DNA of 55,574 nt from assembly GCA_004321885.1 (NCBI GenBank), contig SCQK01000001.1, positions 1 through 55,574 on the forward strand. The letters run 5' to 3'. The translations under genes and the position numbers were made by a program. The stretch is from Patescibacteria group bacterium. Lineage in GTDB: Bacteria > Patescibacteriota > Patescibacteriia > Magasanikbacterales > GWA2-37-8. Of this stretch, positions 28,263-36,896 are shown piece by piece (the stretch's first letter is position 1; the number at the start of each line of letters is the position of its first letter). A model generated the notes under the pieces. It saw nothing but the letters and a program-made list of their open reading frames with translations. It did no database searches and was not told the origin of the DNA.

Positions 28263-28286
28263 GTTGGGTTCACCCTTGGGAAGGAA

Positions 28287-28472
28287 CTACTTGCGGGGCG
28301 GGGAGGGGGCGGGAATCTTGCCGGAGATGTGAATCGTCGGCAAGACCATCTTGGGCCGGGGCGGCGGTTCGTCACAAGCCTTCGCCAGGACCAGGAAAAT
28401 GGTCGCGGCGAGAGTGGTCCCAAGGAGCGCGCAAAAAACGCCCATCACCTTGTCAGCTGTTTTGTCCGTCAT
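28287..28472 (-). CDS. possible small membrane protein (~61 aa)
   Basis: AGGAGG RBS 7 nt before ATG (MTDKTADKVMGVFCALLGTTLAATIFLVLAKA...). One TM helix. Followed by hairpin copy 2. Confidence 0.3.
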   Translation of the reverse strand: MTDKTADKVMGVFCALLGTTLAATIFLVLAKACDEPPPRPKMVLPTIHISGKIPAPSPPRK

Positions 28473-28592
28473 CCAAATCCTCCTGGATTGTTGATTGTTT
28501 TTTCGGGCGAACCAGATATTCATACTATGAATAGCTTTTTAGTCAAGGTTTTAGCTTGCGAAAAGCGCAATTTGCGAGTAAAATAAGGGCGT

Positions 28593-31271
28593 ATGAATCG
28601 CTTAATAATTTTAGACGGCAATGCCATAGTGCATCGCGCCTACCATGCTTTGCCTCCGCTGACCACCAAAGACGGCAAGATGGTGAATGCGGTTTATGGA
28701 TTCGCTTCCATGCTGTTAAAGGTTTGGCAGGATTTGAAACCCACGCACATCGCGGTAACTTTTGACATGGCTGGGCCCACTTTTCGGCACGTTAAATTTA
28801 AAGAATATAAAGCCACGCGCGTGAAGGCGGCTCAAGAATTGTACGACCAGATTCCCCTGACGCACGAACTGGTGTCCGCGTTCGGTCTGGCGATTTACGA
28901 AAAAAAGGGTTATGAGGCCGATGATGTCATCGGCACGCTCGTGGAAAAAACCAGAGACAGCGGTGCCGAGATTTTTATTGTTACCGGCGACAAAGACACC
29001 TTGCAACTGGTGGGCGGCAACGTGAAAGTGTACACCTTGCGCAAGGGCATGAGCGACATCGCGGTTTATGATACCGAGGAAGTGCGGCGCAAGTTTGGTT
29101 TCGGGCCGGAGCTGGTGGTGGATTACAAGGCCCTGGCCGGCGACCCTTCGGACAATATTCCCGGCGTGCCGGGCATTGGCGAAAAGACGGCGACCGAGTT
29201 GATTAAAAAGTTTGGCGGGATTAAGGAGATATATAAAAGAATAGAGAATAAAGAATTTAGAATAAAAGGTGAAATTAAAGATGGCGTGATAAAAAAGTTG
29301 GAAGCTGGCAAAGACAGCGCCCAAATGAGCAAAGAGCTGGCGACTTTGGATTGCGCCGTGCCTGGTTTGGATTTTAAGTTTGATGACTGCAAATTAAAGG
29401 AACTTGATAAAGAAAAAATTATAAAACTTTTCAGCGAATTGGAATTCGTGTCATTGCTCAAGAGAGTGCCGGAGTTCGCGCAGTCGGAAATTGTAAAATC
29501 CCAGTCGCGAAAAATAAAGGACAAAGAAGCGGATTTCAAATTCAATGAAATTAGCGATAAGACGGGATTGGGGAAGCTGAAAAAAATAATACGAGAAAAA
29601 AAGATTTTTGCCTGCCGTTATTTGTCCGGTTTGGTTTTTGTCGTCGGACACGAAGGATTTTTCGTGAAAAAAGAAATGGTTGGCGAGTGCGAGGAAATAT
29701 TTACCGACCCAGAGCTGGAATTGGTGGGGCATGATTTGAAACAGATAGTGAAGGCCATTAAAACAAACCCTCCCCTATTAGGGGAGGGACAGAGGGTGGG
29801 GTATGTCGCCAACAAACTTTTTGACGTCATGGTGGCTTCGTATCTGCTGGCCCCAGGCAGTCGGGCGCATGGCGCGGCTGACATTGTTTTTAAGGTTTTG
29901 GGCAAGCAGTTGCCGGCCGGCACTGGTCAGGAAAGCTTGTTTGGCGTGGACGCGAAGGAGGCGGCGCAAGAGTTGTATTTGCTGGCGCAAGCCGCGGACA
30001 AGCTGAAAGCCGAGTTGATGAAAATTGACGATTATGGCTTGTTTCAAAAGGTGGAAATGCCGCTGGTGTTGGTTTTGGCCGAGATGGAGCTGAACGGAAT
30101 GGCGGTTGATTTGGATATTTTGAGCGAGCTGTCTAAAAAAGTCAGCGGCGAAATTAAAAGCGTGAGCAAAAAGATTTATAAAATGGCGGGCGAGGAGTTT
30201 AACATCGCTTCGCCCCTGCAGTTGCGCGAAGTTTTGTTTGAGAAAATGAATATCCCGACCGAGGGGATAAAAAAAGGCAAGACCGGTTTGTCCACTTCGG
30301 CCGAAGAGCTGGAAAAAATGCGCGGCCTGCATCCGGTAATTGAAGAAATAGAGAATTACCGCGAGCTGGCTAAATTACAAAACACCTATATTGATGTTTT
30401 GCCGACTTTGGTGGACAAAAAAACCGGACGCATCCACACGACTTTTAATCAGACCGTGGCGGCTACCGGCCGGTTGTCCAGTTCAGACCCGAATTTGCAA
30501 AATATTCCCATCCGCACCGAGCTGGGCCAGGAAGTGCGCAAAGCGTTTGTGGCCGGAAAGGGAAATTTGCTGGTGGGCGCGGATTATTCGCAGATAGAAT
30601 TGCGCATCGTGGCGTCACTAGCCGAAGACCAAAAGATGATTGAGATTTTTGAGGCCGGCGAAGACATCCACCGGGCTACGGCCGCGGCTATAAACAACGT
30701 ACCTTTGGAAGCGGTGACCAAAGAGATGCGTCGCGCGGCAAAAGAAGTGAACTTCGGTGTGCTCTATGGCATGGGCGTGCATGGCCTCTCCTGGCGCGCG
30801 GGTATTCCTTATACCCAGGCCAAAGATTTTATTGACAAATATTTTCAGCAGTTTAGCGGAGTGAAAAAATATATTGACCGCACTTTGGAACTGGCCAGAA
30901 AAGACGGTTATTGCGAGACCCTGTTTGGCCGCCGCCGCTATATTCCCGAGCTCAATTCCGACAATCATCAGTTGCGCGCGGCCGCCGAGCGCATGGCCAT
31001 CAATCATCCGGTGCAAGGCACGGCCGCTGACCTGATCAAAATGGCGATGATTGAGGTTTCTAATGTCATTACGAGGAGCGAGGCGACGAAGCAATCCCCT
31101 TCGCCCAAACTCATCCTCCAAGTCCACGACGAATTGGTTTTGGAAGTCAAGGCCGACCAGGCCCAGGCCGTGGCCGCCGAAGTAAAAAAGGCCATGGAAA
31201 GCGTTATCAAACTCCGCGTGCCCGTGGAAGCCCACGTCAAAACCGGCCAGAGTTGGTGGGAACTAAAATGA
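28593..31271 (+). CDS. polA: DNA polymerase I
   Basis: 5'-3' exonuclease N-terminal domain (ILDGNAIVHRAYHA), a 3'-5' exo-like region, and polymerase motifs A, B and C (DYSQIELRI, RRAAKEVNFGVLYG, VHDE). Carries in-frame insertions from repeat families D and C. Confidence 0.95.
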   Translation: MNRLIILDGNAIVHRAYHALPPLTTKDGKMVNAVYGFASMLLKVWQDLKPTHIAVTFDMAGPTFRHVKFKEYKATRVKAAQELYDQIPLTHELVSAFGLAIYEKKGYEADDVIGTLVEKTRDSGAEIFIVTGDKDTLQLVGGNVKVYTLRKGMSDIAVYDTEEVRRKFGFGPELVVDYKALAGDPSDNIPGVPGIGEKTATELIKKFGGIKEIYKRIENKEFRIKGEIKDGVIKKLEAGKDSAQMSKELATLDCAVPGLDFKFDDCKLKELDKEKIIKLFSELEFVSLLKRVPEFAQSEIVKSQSRKIKDKEADFKFNEISDKTGLGKLKKIIREKKIFACRYLSGLVFVVGHEGFFVKKEMVGECEEIFTDPELELVGHDLKQIVKAIKTNPPLLGEGQRVGYVANKLFDVMVASYLLAPGSRAHGAADIVFKVLGKQLPAGTGQESLFGVDAKEAAQELYLLAQAADKLKAELMKIDDYGLFQKVEMPLVLVLAEMELNGMAVDLDILSELSKKVSGEIKSVSKKIYKMAGEEFNIASPLQLREVLFEKMNIPTEGIKKGKTGLSTSAEELEKMRGLHPVIEEIENYRELAKLQNTYIDVLPTLVDKKTGRIHTTFNQTVAATGRLSSSDPNLQNIPIRTELGQEVRKAFVAGKGNLLVGADYSQIELRIVASLAEDQKMIEIFEAGEDIHRATAAAINNVPLEAVTKEMRRAAKEVNFGVLYGMGVHGLSWRAGIPYTQAKDFIDKYFQQFSGVKKYIDRTLELARKDGYCETLFGRRRYIPELNSDNHQLRAAAERMAINHPVQGTAADLIKMAMIEVSNVITRSEATKQSPSPKLILQVHDELVLEVKADQAQAVAAEVKKAMESVIKLRVPVEAHVKTGQSWWELK
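29768..29802. repeat. family D repeat, in-frame in polA
   Basis: ccctcccctattaggggagggacagagggtggggt, translating to NPPLLGEGQRVGYV. Confidence 0.8.
31065..31104. repeat. half-copy of the family C element, in-frame in polA
   Basis: gtcattacgaggagcgaggcgacgaagcaatccccttcgc, translating to VITRSEATKQSPSPK. Confidence 0.6.
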
Positions 31272-31715
31272 CCAATCCTTCACCCTTCCCCGCGCTTTTT
31301 TAATCTCTTTGCGCATGGTCTTTTCTTCCATCCTTCTTTTTTTCGCGGCGCGCGTTGGTTTTGTTTTTCTACGCGGCTTTTTTTCGGTTAGCGCCCCTGC
31401 GACCAGCGCGCGCAACAGTTCTATGGCCAGCTCTTTGTTTTGCGACTGTGTTCTTTGGCTGTCACAGCTTAAAATAATTTCATCTTTTTTGTTTAGCCGA
31501 TTTTTCAATCTTTGCCTGATGAGCGCCTTTTGTTCTTGCGAGAAAACCAAAGACCCGCCCACTGGCCAGCGCAAATTGGCCTTGGTATTTACCTTGTTCA
31601 CGTTTTGCCCGCCCGGCCCGCCGGCGCGCGCGAACTCAAAGCTGATTTCGTTTTCGGGAATCAAGGGAATGTTATTTTTAGCATCACGCTGGGGCGCGAA
31701 AAATTTTCTGCTCAT
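31263..31715 (-). CDS. arfB: alternative ribosome-rescue factor ArfB (peptidyl-tRNA hydrolase, GGQ domain)
   Basis: ISFEFARAGGPGGQNVNKVNTKANLRW and a basic C-terminal tail. Start is taken at the MSRKFF Met, because the longer ORF would run antisense through the folD start. Confidence 0.75.
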   Translation of the reverse strand: MSRKFFAPQRDAKNNIPLIPENEISFEFARAGGPGGQNVNKVNTKANLRWPVGGSLVFSQEQKALIRQRLKNRLNKKDEIILSCDSQRTQSQNKELAIELLRALVAGALTEKKPRRKTKPTRAAKKRRMEEKTMRKEIKKARGRVKDWSF

Positions 31716-31794
31716 AGCTTTTTTAGTATAGTACAGTTTGAGGAAAGAAAAAAGGGAGGGTTGAATTAATTTTTGTTTTTGATATACTGGCGCT

Positions 31795-32709
31795 ATGGGA
31801 CAACTAATAGACGGAAAATTGATTGCCAAGCATATTGAAGCCGAGACCGCAAGGAGAGTGGCTTTGCTCAAGGAGAAAGGAGCGAAACCAAAGCTTGCGG
31901 TTTTTTTAGTCGGCGAAGACAAGCCGTCGCAAAAGTACGTCAAGAAAAAAGGCGAGGCCGCGCAGCGCGTGGGCCTGGATTTTGTTTTACATGAGTTGGC
32001 GGGCGATATTGGCATGGCCGAGTTGGTGGAAAAAATAGAAGACGCCCAGCATAATGAGGAGCTGTCGGGGATAATTATTCAGCTGCCTTTACCCGAACAT
32101 CTGTACACTTCCGAAGTGTTAAACGCCATTCATCCGGAAATTGACGTGGACTGTTTGACCGACGTGAACTTGGGCAAGTTGGTGATGAAGACCAACCACA
32201 TTGTGCCGCCAACACCGGGCGCGGTCATTACTATAATAAAGGATTTGGGCGTGGATTTGGTGGGGAAAAACGTTGTCATTATCGGCGCCGGCGCCTTGGT
32301 AGGCAAGCCGCTTTCCATAATGATGATGAATGAAAGGGCGAGCGTGACCACTTGCAACAGCGCCACGCGCGACACCAAAGAAAAATGCCTGTCCGCCGAT
32401 ATAATCGTGACCGGCGTGGGTAAAAAAGATTTATTGCGCGGTGGTATGGTGAAAGAAGGCGCCATTGTGATAGACACGGGCGTGGCTTTCGTGGATGGGA
32501 AAATGTATGGTGATGTGAACGTGGACGAGGTGATGGAGCGCGCCGCGCACGTGACGCCTACTCCCGGCGGTGTGGGCCCCTTAACCGTGGTGCGCCTTTT
32601 GTGGAATACGGTGCTGTGCGCGGAAAGAAATTTGGAACTTGGGCTGAAACCGCATTCGCGAGAAAGAATAAAATACGAAGGGCATCGGCCGGCGAAGTAT
32701 AAGCTTTAA
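31795..32709 (+). CDS. folD: bifunctional methylene-THF dehydrogenase / methenyl-THF cyclohydrolase
   Basis: IDGKLIAKHI...VGEDKPSQKYVKKK...GxGxxVGKP Rossmann motif. Confidence 0.9.
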   Translation: MGQLIDGKLIAKHIEAETARRVALLKEKGAKPKLAVFLVGEDKPSQKYVKKKGEAAQRVGLDFVLHELAGDIGMAELVEKIEDAQHNEELSGIIIQLPLPEHLYTSEVLNAIHPEIDVDCLTDVNLGKLVMKTNHIVPPTPGAVITIIKDLGVDLVGKNVVIIGAGALVGKPLSIMMMNERASVTTCNSATRDTKEKCLSADIIVTGVGKKDLLRGGMVKEGAIVIDTGVAFVDGKMYGDVNVDEVMERAAHVTPTPGGVGPLTVVRLLWNTVLCAERNLELGLKPHSRERIKYEGHRPAKYKL

Positions 32710-32712
32710 TTA

Positions 32713-32792
32713 CCCCTCCCTAACCCTCCCCTTATAAAGGGGAGGGAAACGTATTGTTCCTCCCCCTTTATAAGGGGGAGGCGAGGAGGGGG
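32713..32792. repeat. tandem pair of family D repeats in the folD-purA intergenic region
   Basis: cccctccctaaccctccccttataaaggggaggg ... cctccccctttataagggggaggcgaggagggggt. Confidence 0.8.
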
Positions 32793-32799
32793 TAAACAT

Positions 32800-34116
32800 A
32801 TGTCACAACTTACTGTCGTGGTTGGCGCCCAGTGGGGCGATGAGGGCAAGGGGAAAATAACCGACTATCTGGCCAAAGACGCCGACTTTGTGGTTCGTTT
32901 CCAAGGAGGCAACAACGCCGGACATACGTTGGTAGTTGGGGATAAAATTTACAAACTACACCTGATTCCATCGGGTGTTTTGTATCCGGGCGCGGTTTCA
33001 ATAATCGGCAACGGCGTGGTGGTGGACCCGCTCACCCTGCTAAAAGAAATCAGCGAGTTTAAAAAAGACGGCCTGGCGCTTAATCTAAAAATCAGCAACC
33101 GTTGTCATGTCATCATGCCATATCACATTGCCTTGGATGGGGCTTTGACCGGACATCAGGGCGGGCTGGCCGCCGGCAGCACCAACCGCGGCATTGCCCC
33201 GGTCTGCGCCGATAAAAGCTATCGTCACGGCATCCGGCTGGGCGATTTGCTGGAACCGGAAATGCTTCGGGAAAAATTAGCCGTGTCATACAATTTCAAC
33301 AAAGCGATTTTGGAAAAAATTTTTAACACGCCTTTCGCCCTGTCGGAAGAAGAAATTTATAATCAGTTTTTGGATTATGGCAAATTATTGGCGCAGTACA
33401 TTGACGATACTGATGTTTTGCTTTATCGCGCCTACAAAGAAGGCAAAAATATCTTGTTTGAAGGGGCGCAGGGTTTGTCCTTGGATCTGGATGTCGGCGT
33501 GTACCCGCATACCACCAGCACCAACACGTTGGCCAGCCATATCGGCGTGGGCACGGGCGTGGGATACGACGGGAATAAACGCGTAATCGGAGTGGCCAAG
33601 GCATACGTGAGCCGCGTGGGCACCAGTCCTTTTATCACCGAACTGCCCGAAGAAGAAGCCAAGGCCTTGCGCGACAAGGGCGGCGAATACGGCACGACCA
33701 CTGGCCGTCCGCGCCGCGTGGGCTGGCTGGATTTGGTGCAACTGCGGCAGGCCGTGCGCTGTAACGGGCTGACTGAATTGGCGCTCATTAAATTGGACGT
33801 GCTAGCCGATTATGAAAAAGTGTTGGTTTGCACCTCGTATGATATAGATGGAAAAGACACCAGAGAAATGCCGGCCAGTTTGTCGCAGTTGCGCCGGGCC
33901 AAACCGGTTTATCAAGAATTCACCGGTTGGCCGGTGATAGATGGAACGGCTTTGAAACAAGGCGGGTTTAAGGGGTTGCCGCTTGAGATAAAAAACTTTG
34001 TGGAGTTTATTGAGAAAGAAACAGAGTGTCCGATCAGTATGTTGTCGTTCGGACCGGAGCGGGAACAAACCATTATTCGTGTCATTGCGAGCGAAGCGAA
34101 GCAATCCCATTCGTAA
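32800..34116 (+). CDS. purA: adenylosuccinate synthetase
   Basis: QWGDEGKGKITD, GGNNAGHT and GTTGRG motifs. The C-terminal 12 aa are encoded by the family C repeat. Confidence 0.95.
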   Translation: MSQLTVVVGAQWGDEGKGKITDYLAKDADFVVRFQGGNNAGHTLVVGDKIYKLHLIPSGVLYPGAVSIIGNGVVVDPLTLLKEISEFKKDGLALNLKISNRCHVIMPYHIALDGALTGHQGGLAAGSTNRGIAPVCADKSYRHGIRLGDLLEPEMLREKLAVSYNFNKAILEKIFNTPFALSEEEIYNQFLDYGKLLAQYIDDTDVLLYRAYKEGKNILFEGAQGLSLDLDVGVYPHTTSTNTLASHIGVGTGVGYDGNKRVIGVAKAYVSRVGTSPFITELPEEEAKALRDKGGEYGTTTGRPRRVGWLDLVQLRQAVRCNGLTELALIKLDVLADYEKVLVCTSYDIDGKDTREMPASLSQLRRAKPVYQEFTGWPVIDGTALKQGGFKGLPLEIKNFVEFIEKETECPISMLSFGPEREQTIIRVIASEAKQSHS

Positions 34117-34163
34117 TTATAGGGATTGCTTCGGTCCCGACTAAGTCGGGGCCTCGCAATGAC
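34081..34163. repeat. composite nested palindromic element (family C arms gtcattgcgag...gaagcaatccc / gggattgcttcg...ctcgcaatgac enclosing a family-B core)
   Basis: Spans the purA stop and the annotated purL start. Confidence 0.8.
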
Positions 34164-36540
34164 AACATCAAATATGATAACGACTGATTTCACGAAAATG
34201 GATGAAGCGCAAATAAAGGAATTTTTGGTTGCCAACAGAATCGCGCTGACGGTGGAAGAAATTTTGAAGATCCAAAACGAAATCTTGAAACGGCCACCCA
34301 CGCTGGCCGAGTGTATTTTGTGGTCCATTCAGGGATCAGAGCACAGCTCGTACAAATCCAGTCGTCCGCACTTGAAACAATTTCACACCAGCGGTCCCAA
34401 CGTAATACTCGGCCCCAGTGAAGACGCCGGCATTGTGGAAATTTGCTGCGACAACGAGGGCCGAAAATACGGCGTAGTGATAAGCCACGAATCGCACAAT
34501 CATCCGTCGCAAGTGGTGCCCTACGAGGGCGCGGCCACGGGCGTAGGCGGCAATGTGCGCGATGTCTGCTGCATGGGCGCGAAAGTAATCGCCTGCGCCG
34601 ACCCTCTGCGCTTCGGACAAATTGACAGTAATAAATCCAAATGGGTGCACGAGGGCGTGGTCTCGGGCATTGCCGGCTATGGCAATCCAATCGGCGTGCC
34701 AAACATCGGCGGCGACTTGTATTACGACGAATCCTACAATGAAAATTGTCTGGTCAACATTGTTACTTTGGGTGTCTTGCGCGAAGACGACATCATACAC
34801 TCGCGCGCGCCGCAAAACGCCGATGGTTATGATTTGGTTTTGGTCGGCAAGCCAACTGACAACAGCGGCTTTGGTGGCGCCAGTTTTGCTTCGTTGGAAT
34901 TAAAAGAAGAAGAAAAAGAACTCAACAAGGGCGCGGTGCAGGAGCCGAACGCTTTTTTGAAGCGCCATTTGCTCAAATCCACCTACGCGCTTTTCAAAAA
35001 AATAAAAGAGGGCGGTTTGATGGATAAAGTGGGTTTCAAAGATTTGGGCGCCGGAGGAATTGCCTGCGCTTCAGTGGAATTGGCCGACGCGGCCGGCTAT
35101 GGCGCCGAAGTGGATATTGATAAAATCCCCAAGGGCATGAACGGACTTAATCCGGCCGTGATTTTGTGCTCCGAGACGCAGGAAAGATTTATGTGGGTGA
35201 GTCATCCGGACGTGACACCGGTTATTTTGGAGCATTATAATGAAATCTTTGATTTGCCCGGCATTGCCGAAGGCGCGCGAGCGGCGGTGGTGGGGAAAAT
35301 TCGCGCTGACGGGCGCTATGTGGTGACAGCCGGCGGAGAAGAAATCGTGAGCGCGCGAGCGCAAGACGTGACACGGGGATTATTGTACAATCGGCCATGG
35401 GAAAAACCCGAGAAAAAATTGAGTGAACCAAACTTGCCCGAGCCAACCGATTACAGTGAAATACTTTTAAAAATTTTGGCCCACGAAAATGTGGCCTCGC
35501 GTTTGCCGGTTTATGAACAGTACGACAAGCAAGTGCAGGGCATCACAATGATTGAATCGGGCCGGGCTGACGCGGGCGTTTTGCAGCCATTTAAGGATGA
35601 CAGTTACCCGGAGGAAATTCGGCAAACCGGCGTCGCTTTGTCAGTGGACCAAAATCCGCGCTACTCCAAGATTGATTCTTATTGGGGGGCGGTAAACGCG
35701 GTAGTGGAAAGCTGCCGCAATGTGGCGGCTGTCGGCGCTGTGCCGTGGGCGTTGACCGATTGTTTGTGCTATGGCAATCCGGAAAAGCCAACCCAGATGT
35801 ATGAATTCGTGGAAGGGGCGCGCGGGGTGGCCGAGGCGGCCAAGGGTTTGCATTTGAAGGACTTCCCGGAAAATCCGGTGCCGATTGTTTCGGGCAATGT
35901 GTCGCTTTACAACGAAAGCAAAGGCAAACCCATCGCTCCCAGCGCCATAATTTCATGCACCGGAAAATTGAGCGACGTGAAGTGCGCGATTGACATGTCG
36001 TTTAAAAAAGCCGACTCAATTATTTTTATGGTCGGCGAGCGCAAAGACGAATGCGGGGGCAGTGTTTATTATAATTTGTTTAAAGAATTGGGAGCCAATG
36101 TACCCAAGCCGGATTTGGCGGAAGCGGAAAAACAAATTTTTGCCGTGACTGACGCGATAGAGGCTGGTCTGGTTTTGGCGGCTCACGATATTTCCGACGG
36201 CGGCTTGGCCGTCTGCTTGGCCGAGATGAGTTTTGGAAATGAGATTGGTTTCGTCTGTCATTCCCGCGAAAGCGGGAATCCAGGGTCGCAACTTCGCCCC
36301 GACAAAGTTCTTTTTTCCGAAACCGGCGGTTTTGTTTTGGAAGTGTCGCCGGAAAACCGCGGCGCAGTGGAAGAAATTTTCGCCAAACGCGGAGTAAAAA
36401 TCTTTGCCATCGGAAAAACCGCCTGTCATTCCGGGCTTGACCCGGGATCCATAACAACGTTAAAGTTTGGAGATGTAATCAACGTACCTTTAAAAGAAGC
36501 AAAAAAAGCGTGGACAGAGGGTTTGTGGGGCAAGCTGTAA
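34126..36540 (+). CDS. purL: phosphoribosylformylglycinamidine synthase subunit PurL
   Basis: PurM-like duplicated domains of FGAM synthase II. The true start is probably MTTSNM at ~34159. Contains an in-frame family A repeat (VCHSRESGNPGSQ). Confidence 0.9.
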   Translation: MLRSRLSRGLAMTTSNMITTDFTKMDEAQIKEFLVANRIALTVEEILKIQNEILKRPPTLAECILWSIQGSEHSSYKSSRPHLKQFHTSGPNVILGPSEDAGIVEICCDNEGRKYGVVISHESHNHPSQVVPYEGAATGVGGNVRDVCCMGAKVIACADPLRFGQIDSNKSKWVHEGVVSGIAGYGNPIGVPNIGGDLYYDESYNENCLVNIVTLGVLREDDIIHSRAPQNADGYDLVLVGKPTDNSGFGGASFASLELKEEEKELNKGAVQEPNAFLKRHLLKSTYALFKKIKEGGLMDKVGFKDLGAGGIACASVELADAAGYGAEVDIDKIPKGMNGLNPAVILCSETQERFMWVSHPDVTPVILEHYNEIFDLPGIAEGARAAVVGKIRADGRYVVTAGGEEIVSARAQDVTRGLLYNRPWEKPEKKLSEPNLPEPTDYSEILLKILAHENVASRLPVYEQYDKQVQGITMIESGRADAGVLQPFKDDSYPEEIRQTGVALSVDQNPRYSKIDSYWGAVNAVVESCRNVAAVGAVPWALTDCLCYGNPEKPTQMYEFVEGARGVAEAAKGLHLKDFPENPVPIVSGNVSLYNESKGKPIAPSAIISCTGKLSDVKCAIDMSFKKADSIIFMVGERKDECGGSVYYNLFKELGANVPKPDLAEAEKQIFAVTDAIEAGLVLAAHDISDGGLAVCLAEMSFGNEIGFVCHSRESGNPGSQLRPDKVLFSETGGFVLEVSPENRGAVEEIFAKRGVKIFAIGKTACHSGLDPGSITTLKFGDVINVPLKEAKKAWTEGLWGKL
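36257..36284. repeat. family A repeat, in-frame in purL
   Basis: gtcattcccgcgaaagcgggaatccagg. Confidence 0.8.
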
Positions 36541-36590
36541 AAAAAGAAGCGGTCCCGCGAGCAAAGGCGCTCGCGGAACCGCCACGGCCC

Positions 36591-36827
36591 TCACTTGGAC
36601 CCCAGACCCGAGACGGACTTGTAGTTCACGCCGAGGTAGAGCGTGCGGTCCGTGCCGAGCGCATTGAACTGCTCGATCTGGGTCCGGATGCTCTGAAGCA
36701 GGGCCTCCCCGACCGTTTTCGGATCGCCTCCGTCCGGGATGCTGGACGTCTCCTTGTTGTCGTCCAGGTTCCTTGCCGCTCTACTGACGGGCGTCTCTCC
36801 ATAGTCTTCCCCATCATCAGGCCTCAT
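36591..36827 (-). CDS. small acidic hypothetical protein (78 aa) in a GC-rich islet inside the pur operon
   Basis: AAGGAGAGG RBS 5 nt before ATG. GC-rich. Flanked by the hairpin gcggtcccgcgagc/gctcgcggaaccgc at 36546-36585. Confidence 0.4.
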   Translation of the reverse strand: MRPDDGEDYGETPVSRAARNLDDNKETSSIPDGGDPKTVGEALLQSIRTQIEQFNALGTDRTLYLGVNYKSVSGLGSK

Positions 36828-36896
36828 CGCGTCCTCTCCTTGTCTTGCCCCCTTAAAATTCTAAATCGTACTCAATTCTACAAAAATTAGCCATTT

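Noticed and set aside
31716-32015. N-terminal 100 aa of ORF 31263-32015 (arfB)
   Set aside because: This stretch runs antisense through the folD start and promoter and has no similarity to ArfB. The GGQ-domain protein starts at the MSRKFF Met.
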